A stretch of DNA of 29,523 bases. Origin: a virus. Its lineage: Duplodnaviria; Caudoviricetes. A program made the position numbers and the translations under genes. Positions within the stretch are counted from its first letter, which is position 1. The number at the start of each line of letters is the position of its first letter. The stretch lies in the IMG/VR virus record IMGVR_UViG_3300043908_001268, positions 1 to 29,523 of that record; one strand, given 5' to 3'. A model generated the notes under the pieces. It worked only from the letters and a program-made list of their open reading frames with translations. It was not told the origin of the DNA and ran no database searches. Shown piece by piece: positions 16,970-26,205 of this stretch.

Positions 16970-17675
16970 TTTCGTAGATAAATATTATGATGATCTTGCA
17001 GCGATCAAAACAGAGTTAGTTAGTAAGGTGAATAGATTACTTCCAAGATTAGAAACCTTATCAGAAACTCAACTAATTGAGTTGTCTAAGTCATTAGATT
17101 TCTTTCAAGAGGCTAAGAGATTAGGATATGATAATATCGCAAAAGAATTTGAAGCTGGTATAAATAAAGAAGTTGCGGCAACCTTAAAGAAAGCTGGGCA
17201 GTTTGGAGTAAGTCTTGGTGATTTAAATTTAGAATCTTTGCAGTTGATTATGGATTTAGAACTAGAATCTATTGTATCTGAAAATAAAGCATTAGCTAAT
17301 CAATTAAAAAAAGAAGTCTTTAGGGGATTAGTTACAGGCGAGTCAATTAACAGTATTGCTGAAAGAATAGAAACAGAATTTTCTGGAACAGCTAGGATCG
17401 CACAATCAAGAGTAGCTACAAATGATGCAGTTAGTAAACTATTTAGAACTGCAACACAAAAAGCATTTGAGGGAGATGAGCAACAAAGATTTAAGTATAT
17501 CGGAGCAAATGATGATAAGGTAAGAGATATATGCAGAGCAGTATTAGATAACCCTCAAAATAATAAGGGGTTTACATTTGCAGAGATAGAAGCCTTTACT
17601 CCGATTGATGGAAAGAAAGTCACCTTTACAGAAGGTGGAAAGTATAATTGTAGACATGAGTTTGTACCAGTATGA
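16962..17675 (+). CDS. Minor head protein (MuF / SPP1 gp7-like)
   Basis: DDKVRDIC...GGKYNCRH motif; follows the portal. Confidence 0.75.
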   Translation: MSSFVDKYYDDLAAIKTELVSKVNRLLPRLETLSETQLIELSKSLDFFQEAKRLGYDNIAKEFEAGINKEVAATLKKAGQFGVSLGDLNLESLQLIMDLELESIVSENKALANQLKKEVFRGLVTGESINSIAERIETEFSGTARIAQSRVATNDAVSKLFRTATQKAFEGDEQQRFKYIGANDDKVRDICRAVLDNPQNNKGFTFAEIEAFTPIDGKKVTFTEGGKYNCRHEFVPV

Positions 17676-18223
17676 GATTAGATAGGGCATTGAATTTTAC
17701 CCCAAAGTTATGGGATCAAGTAGGGCAGTTTGTAAGAGGTGCAATTAAACAAGATGCCCTTAGAGGTATAATGCAAGATGACAAAAGACCCAAGCTAAGA
17801 TCAAATCAATATAAGAAGTATAAAAAAAATGATATGAGAAGATTTGGTAGAGGTAAGTCAAAAATTGGTAGAGGTACAAGATTAGGTAGCCGATTAGATT
17901 TAAAGAATGGTGAAAAATTTGAAAGTAAACACCCAAAGTACGATTTATCTGATATTTCTTTAAACAAAGATGTATCAAAGGTAAATCTGCATTTAACTGG
18001 TGATATGTTTAAACAAGTACAAGTTAAGAGTACCTCTAATTCTTCCAGAATCACCTTTTTACAGGGAAAAAAAGTTTTAGGCAATAAAAGACATGGCTAT
18101 AATGTTTTTGGACTAAGAAACAAGAATAGAAAAAATGCCCTAAGATTTCTAGATAGAACCATAGAAAGGAATCTAGAAAAAGAAACAAGTAAACCTATCA
18201 CTTTGAAGATAGGGAAAAGATAA
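17672..18223 (+). CDS. Basic virion morphogenesis protein (neck or tail-completion-like)
   Basis: VNLHLTGDM and VFGL motifs; K/R-rich; synteny. Confidence 0.5.
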   Translation: MRLDRALNFTPKLWDQVGQFVRGAIKQDALRGIMQDDKRPKLRSNQYKKYKKNDMRRFGRGKSKIGRGTRLGSRLDLKNGEKFESKHPKYDLSDISLNKDVSKVNLHLTGDMFKQVQVKSTSNSSRITFLQGKKVLGNKRHGYNVFGLRNKNRKNALRFLDRTIERNLEKETSKPITLKIGKR

Positions 18224-18241
18224 CTCATACAAGAGGTTAAA

Positions 18242-18814
18242 ATGATAGAAGAAAGTCAAGAAGTTCTAGACGAAAAAACAGAACAAACTCCAGAGCCAGA
18301 GGTAAAAGATGCTCCCATCAATGAAGTTCCTTATTCTCGCTTTAAGGAAGTAATAGATGATAAAAATACAATGAAAGCTGAACTTGATGCTCTTAAACAC
18401 CAAGTGTTGAAGGAAGCAGAAGAAAGAAAGCTAAAAGAGATGGAATCGAAAGGCGAATATGAATCTGCTCTTAGTATGGTTCGAGAAGAATCAGTGAAGA
18501 AAGATACGATGATAAATGAAATGAAATCTCAATTAGAAATCTATCAAGCACAAGAGCAAACAAAGAGAGAGATGCTTTTAGATAAACTAAGCGACGAAGA
18601 TAAAGCGATATATGGATCACTAGATAATAATGCTCTAGAGGCTCATATAACTCGCAATAGTAATAAAACAGTTCCATCAGTTGGCAACGCTCAACCAGCA
18701 GAAACACAAGGGTATAAAAACCTTGTAGATGCTGCAAGAGATTTCCAAAAGGGAAAAATAGATGAATCAATCTACAATAGGATCAAAAATGCCTTTAGAG
18801 CTAACCAAGCCTAA
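18242..18814 (+). CDS. Capsid scaffolding protein
   Basis: Acidic coiled coil with VPYSRFKEV motif, upstream of the capsid gene. Confidence 0.75.
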   Translation: MIEESQEVLDEKTEQTPEPEVKDAPINEVPYSRFKEVIDDKNTMKAELDALKHQVLKEAEERKLKEMESKGEYESALSMVREESVKKDTMINEMKSQLEIYQAQEQTKREMLLDKLSDEDKAIYGSLDNNALEAHITRNSNKTVPSVGNAQPAETQGYKNLVDAARDFQKGKIDESIYNRIKNAFRANQA

Positions 18815-19034
18815 ACAAGCAACTAACTTGCATGGATTTGAAGATCCTACAAAGGGAAGAGTAACTTCTTCTAATACAATGGAGGGAATGAGGTATCAGT
18901 TAGATGGTAAAGAAGTTCCTTTTGAAGATGGCTTTGCTCTGTCAGTCGGTAGAGATAAAACACCTTCTAAGATACGTTCATCTTTTTCTCATATTAGCCA
19001 AGAACAATGGGATAGAATATTTAATAAAAAATAG
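18789..19034 (+). CDS. Hypothetical protein between scaffold and capsid genes
   Basis: ATG 18789 with AGGA SD, in frame with the 18762 ORF. Confidence 0.6.
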   Translation: MPLELTKPKQATNLHGFEDPTKGRVTSSNTMEGMRYQLDGKEVPFEDGFALSVGRDKTPSKIRSSFSHISQEQWDRIFNKK

Positions 19035-19043
19035 GAGTCAATT

Positions 19044-19907
19044 ATGGCAGCCGGAGATACAGGGAATTTTGCTGGATCGTTGCAAGAAGTTCTTGCAGAT
19101 TCAATGATTCACTTTTCAAAAGCAAATGTATTATTACCATTAGTGATGGTAGAACAAAGAGACAAAGCAGATACAATAACCTTTCCAGTTTATAACTTAG
19201 GATCAAACGTAGTGACAAGTGCAGATATTGCTTCGCACACTCAAAGCGATTCTAGTGATATTGGAGCAACTCAACTAGATTCTGTTAAAAAAACTGTTAC
19301 CTTATCTATGTCCTCAATTAGAGTACCGGTAGCAGATGAAGCAGTCCTATCAAATGCAAATGACGTTACAGGAATTGCTGGTCAGCTAGTAGGAAACGCT
19401 ATGGCGGCTTTCGTAGATAAGAGCATTGCAGCCAACTTTGATAATTTTTCTACAGCGGTTGATGGTTCAAGTGCTGGAATAAAAGTAGATCATATTTTTA
19501 CAGCTTTAGGAACATTACAAGCTAATGCAGCCCCCGCTCCATATAGCTTATGTCACAATCCTAAAGCGATATACGGGACTCTGGGATTATCAAATGATTT
19601 AGTTACATCTAATCAATTTGGTGGATCACCTTCTTCTCAAGATGATATGCTTAAAACTGGATTTTTAGGAACTTTGGCTGGTGTTGATATATACACTACT
19701 CCAGAAGTTGCTATAGCTAGCGATGTTGCAAAGGGTGCTGTTTTTTCAAAAATGGCTATTGGATTTGCCTATGCTGGTGAATTAATGAGGGTTGAAGTTG
19801 AAAGAGATGCAAAGAAACTAAAGACAGATTACATTGGTAGTATCTTTAGCGGAAGTGTTGAACTAGCAGATACCTATGGCATTGAATTAACAGATAAAGT
19901 TCAATAA
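19044..19907 (+). CDS. Major capsid protein (HK97 fold)
   Basis: 287 aa, follows the scaffold; TITFP, GTLAGVDIY and VEVERDA patterns; strong SD; downstream hairpin. Confidence 0.85.
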   Translation: MAAGDTGNFAGSLQEVLADSMIHFSKANVLLPLVMVEQRDKADTITFPVYNLGSNVVTSADIASHTQSDSSDIGATQLDSVKKTVTLSMSSIRVPVADEAVLSNANDVTGIAGQLVGNAMAAFVDKSIAANFDNFSTAVDGSSAGIKVDHIFTALGTLQANAAPAPYSLCHNPKAIYGTLGLSNDLVTSNQFGGSPSSQDDMLKTGFLGTLAGVDIYTTPEVAIASDVAKGAVFSKMAIGFAYAGELMRVEVERDAKKLKTDYIGSIFSGSVELADTYGIELTDKVQ

Positions 19908-19926
19908 TAACTAAAAAAATGGTTGT

Positions 19927-19946
19927 GGGGTGGTTTATTCCACCCC
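19927..19946 (+). terminator. GC-rich hairpin after the capsid gene (attenuator or mRNA stabiliser)
   Basis: GGGGTGG-tttatt-CCACCCC; no clear T tract. Confidence 0.55.
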
Positions 19947-19961
19947 CTTCCATAGATAACT

Positions 19962-20303
19962 ATGGCACTAAATAATAATACAATACTAAAAGAATATTTT
20001 GCAGATTTAGCTGGAGTTAGTTCAAGCGGTAAAACTTTTAATACTTGTTTGAGATTGGGATTAGAGGCTGCTGGTTATAGTGGTTCATTAAATAGTATGT
20101 TAAGAGCATGGGGAAACGCTACAGCCGGAACAAGCAATCTTTCAGTAAACTCTGCTTTAAAATTAGCATTTGCAACAGCAGTAGGATCAACTCAATCAAG
20201 TTTAGCTGGATTAATTGGTGATTTTGCTGGTGAATCCCCAAACTGGGAAGCATCATTTCAATCATGGAATTTAGAGCAAAGAAAATGGAACTTAATAGAT
20301 TAA
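19962..20303 (+). CDS. Hypothetical virion protein
   Basis: 113 aa, Ala/Gly/Ser-rich, between capsid and fibre genes. Confidence 0.6.
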   Translation: MALNNNTILKEYFADLAGVSSSGKTFNTCLRLGLEAAGYSGSLNSMLRAWGNATAGTSNLSVNSALKLAFATAVGSTQSSLAGLIGDFAGESPNWEASFQSWNLEQRKWNLID

Positions 20304-20353
20304 ATAACCTCTAGGATAAGACTAGAAAGCATAATCATGGAAAGGATTAAATT

Positions 20354-23293
20354 ATGGCAACATTAGAAGGACAATCAATAGCATCATCTTATGAACAGTT
20401 ACTTCATGTAGATAGAGATGGTGGGGGTAACACAACAAATTTAGTAGATGTTAAAGATGGAAAAAATACAACTACATTTGCATTAAAACTAGCAACAGAT
20501 AAAGTTCATGTAAATGGGTCACTTGGTATAGGAGTAACCGACCCAGCAAAGGCTCTTGAAATTGCTGGAAGTGGAGCAGAAGCAGAATTAATTTATTTAA
20601 CAAGCACCCAAAGTGCAAATACATCAAATAGAGTTAGACAATCTCATAGATTATTAACGGATTCACAAGAAAGAACAAGTTTTTCATTATTATCTGGATT
20701 TAATACAATTACAGATGGTTCAAGAAACTCAATAGTTGAATTTAAAACAAGTAATGCTGGTACATTTGGAACAGTCATGACTATAGATGGTGGAAATGTA
20801 GGAATTGGATCATCACCCAATAGCTTTGTTTATTTTTATAAAGATATTAGCAATCAATCTACTTGGCATACTGATAGCAACTCTCATCTTGTAATATCAA
20901 ATCCTAGCTCAACAAGTGGAACATCAGCAATATTAAAATTAGCTGGGAAGCAAGGTAGAATTACTTATGGACTTAATGCAGATACAGATTCATTAACATT
21001 TACATCAAGACAATCTGCAAGTTCAACAGCAGAGGTTGTTCATTTTGATAATAATGCTAATGTTGGAATTGGGACTACGTCTCCAAATGCTAAAGTCGAC
21101 ATACATGGAGATACTGGTACTTGGGGTGGAATGGCTAAAATATTTTTAACAGATGTAAATTCAAATTCAAGCAGTAGAAATTGGTCTGTTGGGAATGGTG
21201 GTACTGCTTATGGAGCATTGTCTTTTATTGTTTCAAATGCGGCAGATGGAGTTCCAGCAGATTCAACTGGAACTGCTGTTATGTCTTTAGACTCCAACTC
21301 TCGCATTTCATTAAGTAATAATGATGGTGGTGCTAATAACACAACAATTTTTGGATATTTAGCTGGTAACAATTCTGGCTCTGGTGCAACACAAAACTGT
21401 TATATAGGACATGAATCTGGTAAAGCTAATGTTTATGGAGATGATAATGTTCTTATTGGTTTTCAAAGTGGACTTGCTTTAGGTGCATCAAGTGGAAGTG
21501 TTCAGAACTCGCTTGTGGGGAGTTTGAGTGGTAGTGTAATAACTGATGGAGACTATAACACTTTTCTAGGATATAGAACTGGCTCAACTGGAACTAATGA
21601 TATTACTACTGGAACATTTAATACTTTTATAGGAAAAGGTGTTGCGGGTTCATCTGCATCTGCAACAAATCAGACTGCTATTGGTGCTGATGTAACTGCA
21701 CAAGGCGATAATTCAGTAACATTAGGTAATGCAGATGTTACCGATGTTTATATGTCTCAAGATTCACAAGCTTATGTCCATGCTCAAAATGTACCTAACC
21801 ATGTAGCAAATACCATGAGTTCGCCTTACTATCGGTTTGATGGTGTAAATGATGAAATTGCTATTGCAGATAGTGATATTTTAAGTTTCGGTGATGGTTC
21901 TTCTGATTTACCATTTTCTATATCAGCATGGATATATATGGAAGATGCAACGAATTTCAAACTTATAAGCAAAGGTGTTTACGGGTCTACTCTTGAATAC
22001 ATTTTAAATGTAAGTAGTGATGACAAGTTGAAATTAGAAATATATAATGGTACTAATTTTGAGGTGGCAAGTACATCATCAACATTAACTGCTTATGAGG
22101 GTCAATGGATTCATGTTGCATCAACTTATAATGGTGTAGGGGGTGCAAGTGCAAATGCTGGGATGACTTTATATATAAATGGAGTTTCTCAAGCATTGAC
22201 ATTAAGTGATTCTGGTACTTATACAGCTATGCCAAATCAGAGTAGTGAGGTAAGAATACTTAATTATGCCGATAGCATTTATGGAAGAGGTAGCGTTTCA
22301 TGTTTAAGAGTTTGGAATAAAGAACTTACAGCCACAGAAGTTAAAGATGACTATTCTGGTGCAAGTGTACCATTTAAATACAAAGGTGCTAGTCAGACTT
22401 CTTTAGTAACTGGAAGTGCCTCTGATTTTTCAGCAGATGATTACTATTCAAAAGATACTGGGATTACTGTAACAAGTGGAGTTGCTAGGTGGTCAAGTGC
22501 TGGAAACAATACAGCATTATATAAAGCTAGTTTACTTACAATAGGAAAAGCGTATAACATTACATTTACTGTTTCTGGTTATTCTGCTGGTGGTGTAAAA
22601 ATATCTATTGGTAATTCTGGAACAACAAGAAGTGCAAATGGAACTTTTACTGAAACTGTTGTAGCTACAAGTGATACTTTTCAATTAATGTCAGTTGGAA
22701 CAACAACACTAGATATAGATAATCTTTTTATTAGACCAGCTGGTGCAGTAGCTGAATATATGGGTTCTAGTGCTGGAGAAAAGGTCTGGGGTGATAGTTC
22801 TGGTAATGATTTACATGCTACTGTATCTGGTGCAACTTTAGAAAATACACCTTATGATAGTGGCACAGAATATGAAGAAGGTACTTGGAGTCCAGTATAT
22901 AAACCATCTTCTAATTCATTTACTACAATGACAATGGATATAATTAGTGCTACTTATACTAAAATAGGAAGGCAAGTAACTGTTAGAGGTTCAATTAGAA
23001 CAGATAATGTTTCAGTTGGAAGTGCTTCTGGCACATTAAGATTAGGTGGATTGCCTTATAATTCTGTTGCTACAGATGGAGAATCAGTACTAGTTGTTGG
23101 ACACGCTTATAATTGGGTATCTAGTAATTTTCCTGCGGCTGGATATACTATAAGTGATTCTGATGAGGTTTTATTTGTACAAAGAGATACATCAAATGGA
23201 GCAACTGCTAGTATGGTAGTTGGAGATTTAACGGCTGGGGCATCTTCAGACCAGAATGGACTTATTTTTTCATTAACATATTTTACAGCTTAA
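20354..23293 (+). CDS. Fibre / receptor-binding protein with a LamG (concanavalin-like) domain
   Basis: GNVGIG repeats, N.xxG beta-roll repeats, YRFDGVND..FSISAWI..WIHVASTY LamG pattern, YEEGTWSP..YTKIGRQV C-terminal domain. Confidence 0.85.
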   Translation: MATLEGQSIASSYEQLLHVDRDGGGNTTNLVDVKDGKNTTTFALKLATDKVHVNGSLGIGVTDPAKALEIAGSGAEAELIYLTSTQSANTSNRVRQSHRLLTDSQERTSFSLLSGFNTITDGSRNSIVEFKTSNAGTFGTVMTIDGGNVGIGSSPNSFVYFYKDISNQSTWHTDSNSHLVISNPSSTSGTSAILKLAGKQGRITYGLNADTDSLTFTSRQSASSTAEVVHFDNNANVGIGTTSPNAKVDIHGDTGTWGGMAKIFLTDVNSNSSSRNWSVGNGGTAYGALSFIVSNAADGVPADSTGTAVMSLDSNSRISLSNNDGGANNTTIFGYLAGNNSGSGATQNCYIGHESGKANVYGDDNVLIGFQSGLALGASSGSVQNSLVGSLSGSVITDGDYNTFLGYRTGSTGTNDITTGTFNTFIGKGVAGSSASATNQTAIGADVTAQGDNSVTLGNADVTDVYMSQDSQAYVHAQNVPNHVANTMSSPYYRFDGVNDEIAIADSDILSFGDGSSDLPFSISAWIYMEDATNFKLISKGVYGSTLEYILNVSSDDKLKLEIYNGTNFEVASTSSTLTAYEGQWIHVASTYNGVGGASANAGMTLYINGVSQALTLSDSGTYTAMPNQSSEVRILNYADSIYGRGSVSCLRVWNKELTATEVKDDYSGASVPFKYKGASQTSLVTGSASDFSADDYYSKDTGITVTSGVARWSSAGNNTALYKASLLTIGKAYNITFTVSGYSAGGVKISIGNSGTTRSANGTFTETVVATSDTFQLMSVGTTTLDIDNLFIRPAGAVAEYMGSSAGEKVWGDSSGNDLHATVSGATLENTPYDSGTEYEEGTWSPVYKPSSNSFTTMTMDIISATYTKIGRQVTVRGSIRTDNVSVGSASGTLRLGGLPYNSVATDGESVLVVGHAYNWVSSNFPAAGYTISDSDEVLFVQRDTSNGATASMVVGDLTAGASSDQNGLIFSLTYFTA

Positions 23294-23331
23294 TTGGATA
23301 ATTAAGTGGAATTAAAAACAAGGAGGTCTTA

Positions 23332-23709
23332 ATGGCTTTAGAAAAAATAGTAGAAGTAGATAAAGTTGAGTTGGTAGGTGATTACTCAATTCAAGTAAGA
23401 ACAGCTACAAAGGTAATGGATGGTGGTTCACAAATTGGTTCAACCAGTTATCATCGCCATGTAGTGCATCCAAATTCAAATTGGACTAATGAAGATGCGA
23501 AAGTAAAAAAGATTGCAGATGCTTTATTTGATGCAGATTGCAAGGAAGCATACTTTGTGTCACAAAATGGTTATCCTAGTGGTGAGCCTAGTGATAGTTG
23601 GACAGAAGCACAGTTAAAGAAGTATTTATCTGTTAATGGTGTTGCATGGACAGAGGAACACACTAAAGCACAGTTATTAACCAAAGCAAAAGCTAAGTAC
23701 GGAGAGTAA
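23332..23709 (+). CDS. Fibre-associated protein with a C-terminal HeH/SAP-like helical motif
   Basis: IQVRTAT..YHRHVV pattern common after fibre genes; WTEAQLKKYL..TKAQLL tail. Confidence 0.55.
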   Translation: MALEKIVEVDKVELVGDYSIQVRTATKVMDGGSQIGSTSYHRHVVHPNSNWTNEDAKVKKIADALFDADCKEAYFVSQNGYPSGEPSDSWTEAQLKKYLSVNGVAWTEEHTKAQLLTKAKAKYGE

Positions 23710-23710
23710 T

Positions 23711-24040
23711 ATGGATTTTTTAAAATATGAAGATAAAAAGTCTAAGTCACTTGGTGGCTTTGAAAAGAAATCAGAAATTATCAAAGAAGCTGTTAAAGAA
23801 GAAAAAGATGAATTTGATGTGGTAATTGTGAAAGCTGAACCAGAAGAAAAAAGAGATTACATTATTTACAAAGAAAAAAGATACAACTCTGAAACTGGTG
23901 AGGCTATGGATGATTCTATTAAAGAATGGACTTTAGAACAATTAGAAGCAGAAAAAGCTAGGTATGATAAAGCTATGGAGGATGCTAAAAAACAAAGTGA
24001 TGCTATAGCAGTTTGCATAGCAGATTTTAAGAAGCTTTAA
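23711..24040 (+). CDS. Hypothetical charged protein
   Basis: 109 aa, GGAG SD, C-terminal coiled coil. Confidence 0.7.
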   Translation: MDFLKYEDKKSKSLGGFEKKSEIIKEAVKEEKDEFDVVIVKAEPEEKRDYIIYKEKRYNSETGEAMDDSIKEWTLEQLEAEKARYDKAMEDAKKQSDAIAVCIADFKKL

Positions 24041-24062
24041 ACAATAACAATAGGAGTGAATC

Positions 24063-24293
24063 GTGGCAAAAAAAGAAAAAGAAATGCCTAAAGAACAAGA
24101 GATCATTTTATTTGATAAACCATATAAGGAATCAGAATTAAGTGATGAGCAAAAAACAATGATAAACCATGTAGCGGACTTAGATAGAAAGATTACTACA
24201 AGTGAATTCAATTTACAGCAACTTCGATTTGGTAGACAGGCTTTCATGGATGCTTTAAAAGCTAGTGTTGAAAAGAATGAAGAAGAAGAGTAA
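24063..24293 (+). CDS. Hypothetical coiled-coil protein
   Basis: GTG start with AGGAG SD. Confidence 0.7.
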   Translation: MAKKEKEMPKEQEIILFDKPYKESELSDEQKTMINHVADLDRKITTSEFNLQQLRFGRQAFMDALKASVEKNEEEE

Positions 24294-24357
24294 TTGGATC
24301 ACTTCAACGTCTTATGATATTCCTATAAAATGGGTTTATGAAAAAGATAAAAAATAA
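24277..24357 (+). CDS. Possible peptide (26 aa, MKKKSNWITSTSYDIPIKWVYEKDKK)
   Basis: Manually found; fills a gap; weak SD. Confidence 0.3.
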   Translation: MKKKSNWITSTSYDIPIKWVYEKDKK

Positions 24358-24445
24358 TTTCTGGGATTCAGTACATAGGTTAAGTTTATACTTATTAAAC
24401 ATATCTTATAGAAAGCTGAATCCCTTACTTGGGAAAAATAAATAA
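24338..24445 (+). CDS. Possible small protein (35 aa, MKKIKNNFWDSVHRL...)
   Basis: Manually found; TAATG coupling to the next gene. Confidence 0.4.
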   Translation: MKKIKNNFWDSVHRLSLYLLNISYRKLNPLLGKNK

Positions 24446-24762
24446 TGGATTTTATGAGTGTATATTCTGAGGCGGGAATGATTGGAGTGGTCGGAGCGAT
24501 GTTTGTATATCTAGTTATTTCTTTATCTAATAAATCAGCAAAACAACAGGAGCAGTTAGAAGATTTAAAAGTTGAGAATAAAGGACAATCTGAAACGCTT
24601 GAAAATATGGAAGGTATGATTATAAAACTTATTAATAGATGGAATCAATCAGATGATAAGTTAGATCGCAAGTTTGACAGTTTATCTGAAAATGTAAATT
24701 CCGTTGATAACCAAATTTCAGAGGTGAAAGGGTCACTTTCTAGAATTAATGGAAGAAATTAA
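24445..24762 (+). CDS. Membrane-anchored coiled-coil protein (holin, antiholin or spanin-like)
   Basis: N-terminal TM GMIGVVGAMFVYLVISL followed by a coiled coil; lysis region. Confidence 0.55.
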   Translation: MDFMSVYSEAGMIGVVGAMFVYLVISLSNKSAKQQEQLEDLKVENKGQSETLENMEGMIIKLINRWNQSDDKLDRKFDSLSENVNSVDNQISEVKGSLSRINGRN

Positions 24763-24908
24763 TGGATAGCTTAAAAGTTTCTGGAACAAGTTTTGCAAGT
24801 CAAGCGATAATATTTATGGATATGTTACCCTATTTCTTAGGTTTAACAATAGCAGTAATGAATATTATATATTTGTATTATAAAATAAAAAATGAAAAGG
24901 AGCAGTAA
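24762..24908 (+). CDS. Putative holin (48 aa, MDSLKVSGTSFASQ...)
   Basis: Manually found; hydrophobic segment and charged C-terminus KIKNEKEQ; TAATG coupling. Confidence 0.55.
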   Translation: MDSLKVSGTSFASQAIIFMDMLPYFLGLTIAVMNIIYLYYKIKNEKEQ

Positions 24909-25085
24909 ATGGTTGGAAAAATAATAGCAGAATATTTATTAGACGATGAAGTTAAAGCTGATTTAATTGCATCCGTTAATAAATCTGTAAATGTACCAAT
25001 GATAAACGAAAAAACAGAAGCTAAGATATTAGAGGCTATCTGGGAATTATTTGAAATGGCTATCAAAAAGAAGCTGGGGTTATAA
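24909..25085 (+). CDS. Small hypothetical protein (58 aa, MVGKIIAEYLLDDEVK...)
   Basis: Manually found; AAGGAG SD; TAATG coupling. Confidence 0.75.
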   Translation: MVGKIIAEYLLDDEVKADLIASVNKSVNVPMINEKTEAKILEAIWELFEMAIKKKLGL

Positions 25086-25294
25086 TGACAAATATAATAA
25101 TAACTTTACTAACAACCTCATGCCTTCATGGATCAATTCCGGACATGATACAATATCCAGAAAGATATGCTGATTCAAGTTATTCTTTATATGGTGATGT
25201 TAAAAAGAAAAAGAAGAAAGGTAAAAAAATTGGTGGATCAAAAGGCAAAAAATCTAAGAAAGGTTTTTTCTCTAAAATATTTGGGAGTAAGTAA
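25085..25294 (+). CDS. Small protein with a hydrophobic N-terminus and Lys-rich tail
   Basis: IIITLLTTSC (possible lipobox) and KKKKKKGKKIGGSKGKKSKKGFFSKIFGSK. Confidence 0.65.
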   Translation: MTNIIITLLTTSCLHGSIPDMIQYPERYADSSYSLYGDVKKKKKKGKKIGGSKGKKSKKGFFSKIFGSK

Positions 25295-25371
25295 TGCCAT
25301 ATCATACTGGTAAAACAAAAAAGAAGCGGTCTAAAAAGCCGAAAATGAAGAGAAAATTAAAAAGGCGATAG
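25294..25371 (+). CDS. Protamine-like basic peptide (25 aa, MPYHTGKTKKKRSKKPKMKRKLKRR)
   Basis: Manually found; GGGAG SD; TAATG coupling; 14 of 25 residues are K/R. Confidence 0.65.
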   Translation: MPYHTGKTKKKRSKKPKMKRKLKRR

Positions 25372-25376
25372 TAACT

Positions 25377-25682
25377 ATGCCTGTACCACCTAAGACAGTT
25401 CAAGCGGTTGCAAGAAGAGCATTAGAAAGAAGAAGGGAAGCACCTAAATCTAAGAAGGGCGGTACAATGGTTGGAGTTTCTAGGGGTCGTGATTTGGCAA
25501 GGGGTGCAAATATCTCAATGAGATCAATCAGAAGAATGGTTAGCTTTTTTGCTAGACATGATACACCGGCAGAAAGAAGAAATAGAAAAGAAAAGATTTC
25601 TAGGGCTTCGATCTCTTGGGATTTATGGGGCGGTAATCCCGGAAGAAGATGGGCGGAATCAATAGTTAGAAGGATGAAATAA
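25377..25682 (+). CDS. Small Arg-rich protein of a widespread phage domain family
   Basis: GGT.VG..R..DL...RMVSFFARH...WDLWGG..G..WA pattern. Confidence 0.7.
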   Translation: MPVPPKTVQAVARRALERRREAPKSKKGGTMVGVSRGRDLARGANISMRSIRRMVSFFARHDTPAERRNRKEKISRASISWDLWGGNPGRRWAESIVRRMK

Positions 25683-26062
25683 TGTACAGATTCGGTAAAA
25701 GATCAAAAGAAAGATTGAAAGGTGTTGATGCACGATTAATAAATGTACTTAATGAATTGATTAAGATTATGGATGTTACAATTATTGAAGGATTAAGAAC
25801 CAAAGAAAGACAAGAAGAGTTATTAAAAAAAGGTGCAACTAAAGTAAAATATTCTAGGCACATGGAAGGCAAAGCTGTTGATCTTGCTCCCTACCCTATT
25901 GATTGGGAAGATAGGGAGCGATTTCATTATATGGGTGGAATGATAAGAGGAATAGGTAAACAACTTGGAGTAAATATTAGATGGGGCGGTGATTGGGACT
26001 CAGATGGAGAGATTAAAGATAATAACTTTGATGACCTAGTTCATGTAGAGGTAAGGGATTAA
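25682..26062 (+). CDS. Endolysin, M15-family L-Ala-D-Glu peptidase (T5 Lys-like)
   Basis: EGLRTKERQ, SRH..GKAVD, WGGDW and DLVHVE Zn-ligand motifs. Confidence 0.9.
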   Translation: MYRFGKRSKERLKGVDARLINVLNELIKIMDVTIIEGLRTKERQEELLKKGATKVKYSRHMEGKAVDLAPYPIDWEDRERFHYMGGMIRGIGKQLGVNIRWGGDWDSDGEIKDNNFDDLVHVEVRD

Positions 26063-26205
26063 TGTTTCTGCATTGTTCACTAAAAAATAAAATTTGTCCT
26101 TTCTGTGGAGAGTCAAAGAGCATTATGTATTGTGGCATAGCTTCTGGTGAAAATAGAATAGATCAATTAAATAAATGTCCTTACAAACCAAGAAAAAAGA
26201 AATGA
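26062..26205 (+). CDS. Small Cys-rich protein (47 aa, MFLHCSLKNKICPFCG...)
   Basis: Manually found; TAATG and ATGA coupling; 5 Cys. Confidence 0.6.
   Translation: MFLHCSLKNKICPFCGESKSIMYCGIASGENRIDQLNKCPYKPRKKK

Noticed and set aside
14429-19107. Alternative-frame + strand ORFs 14429-14638 and 18904-19107
   Set aside because: They are nested in TerL or overlap the capsid region, with no supporting motif.
21433-21449. Fifth TGGAGATGATA copy, with 17-nt identity to 12878-12894, inside the fibre gene
   Set aside because: It encodes YGDDN in a repeat region and the following ATG opens only 11 codons. Probably coincidental, and a caution that the motif can arise by chance.
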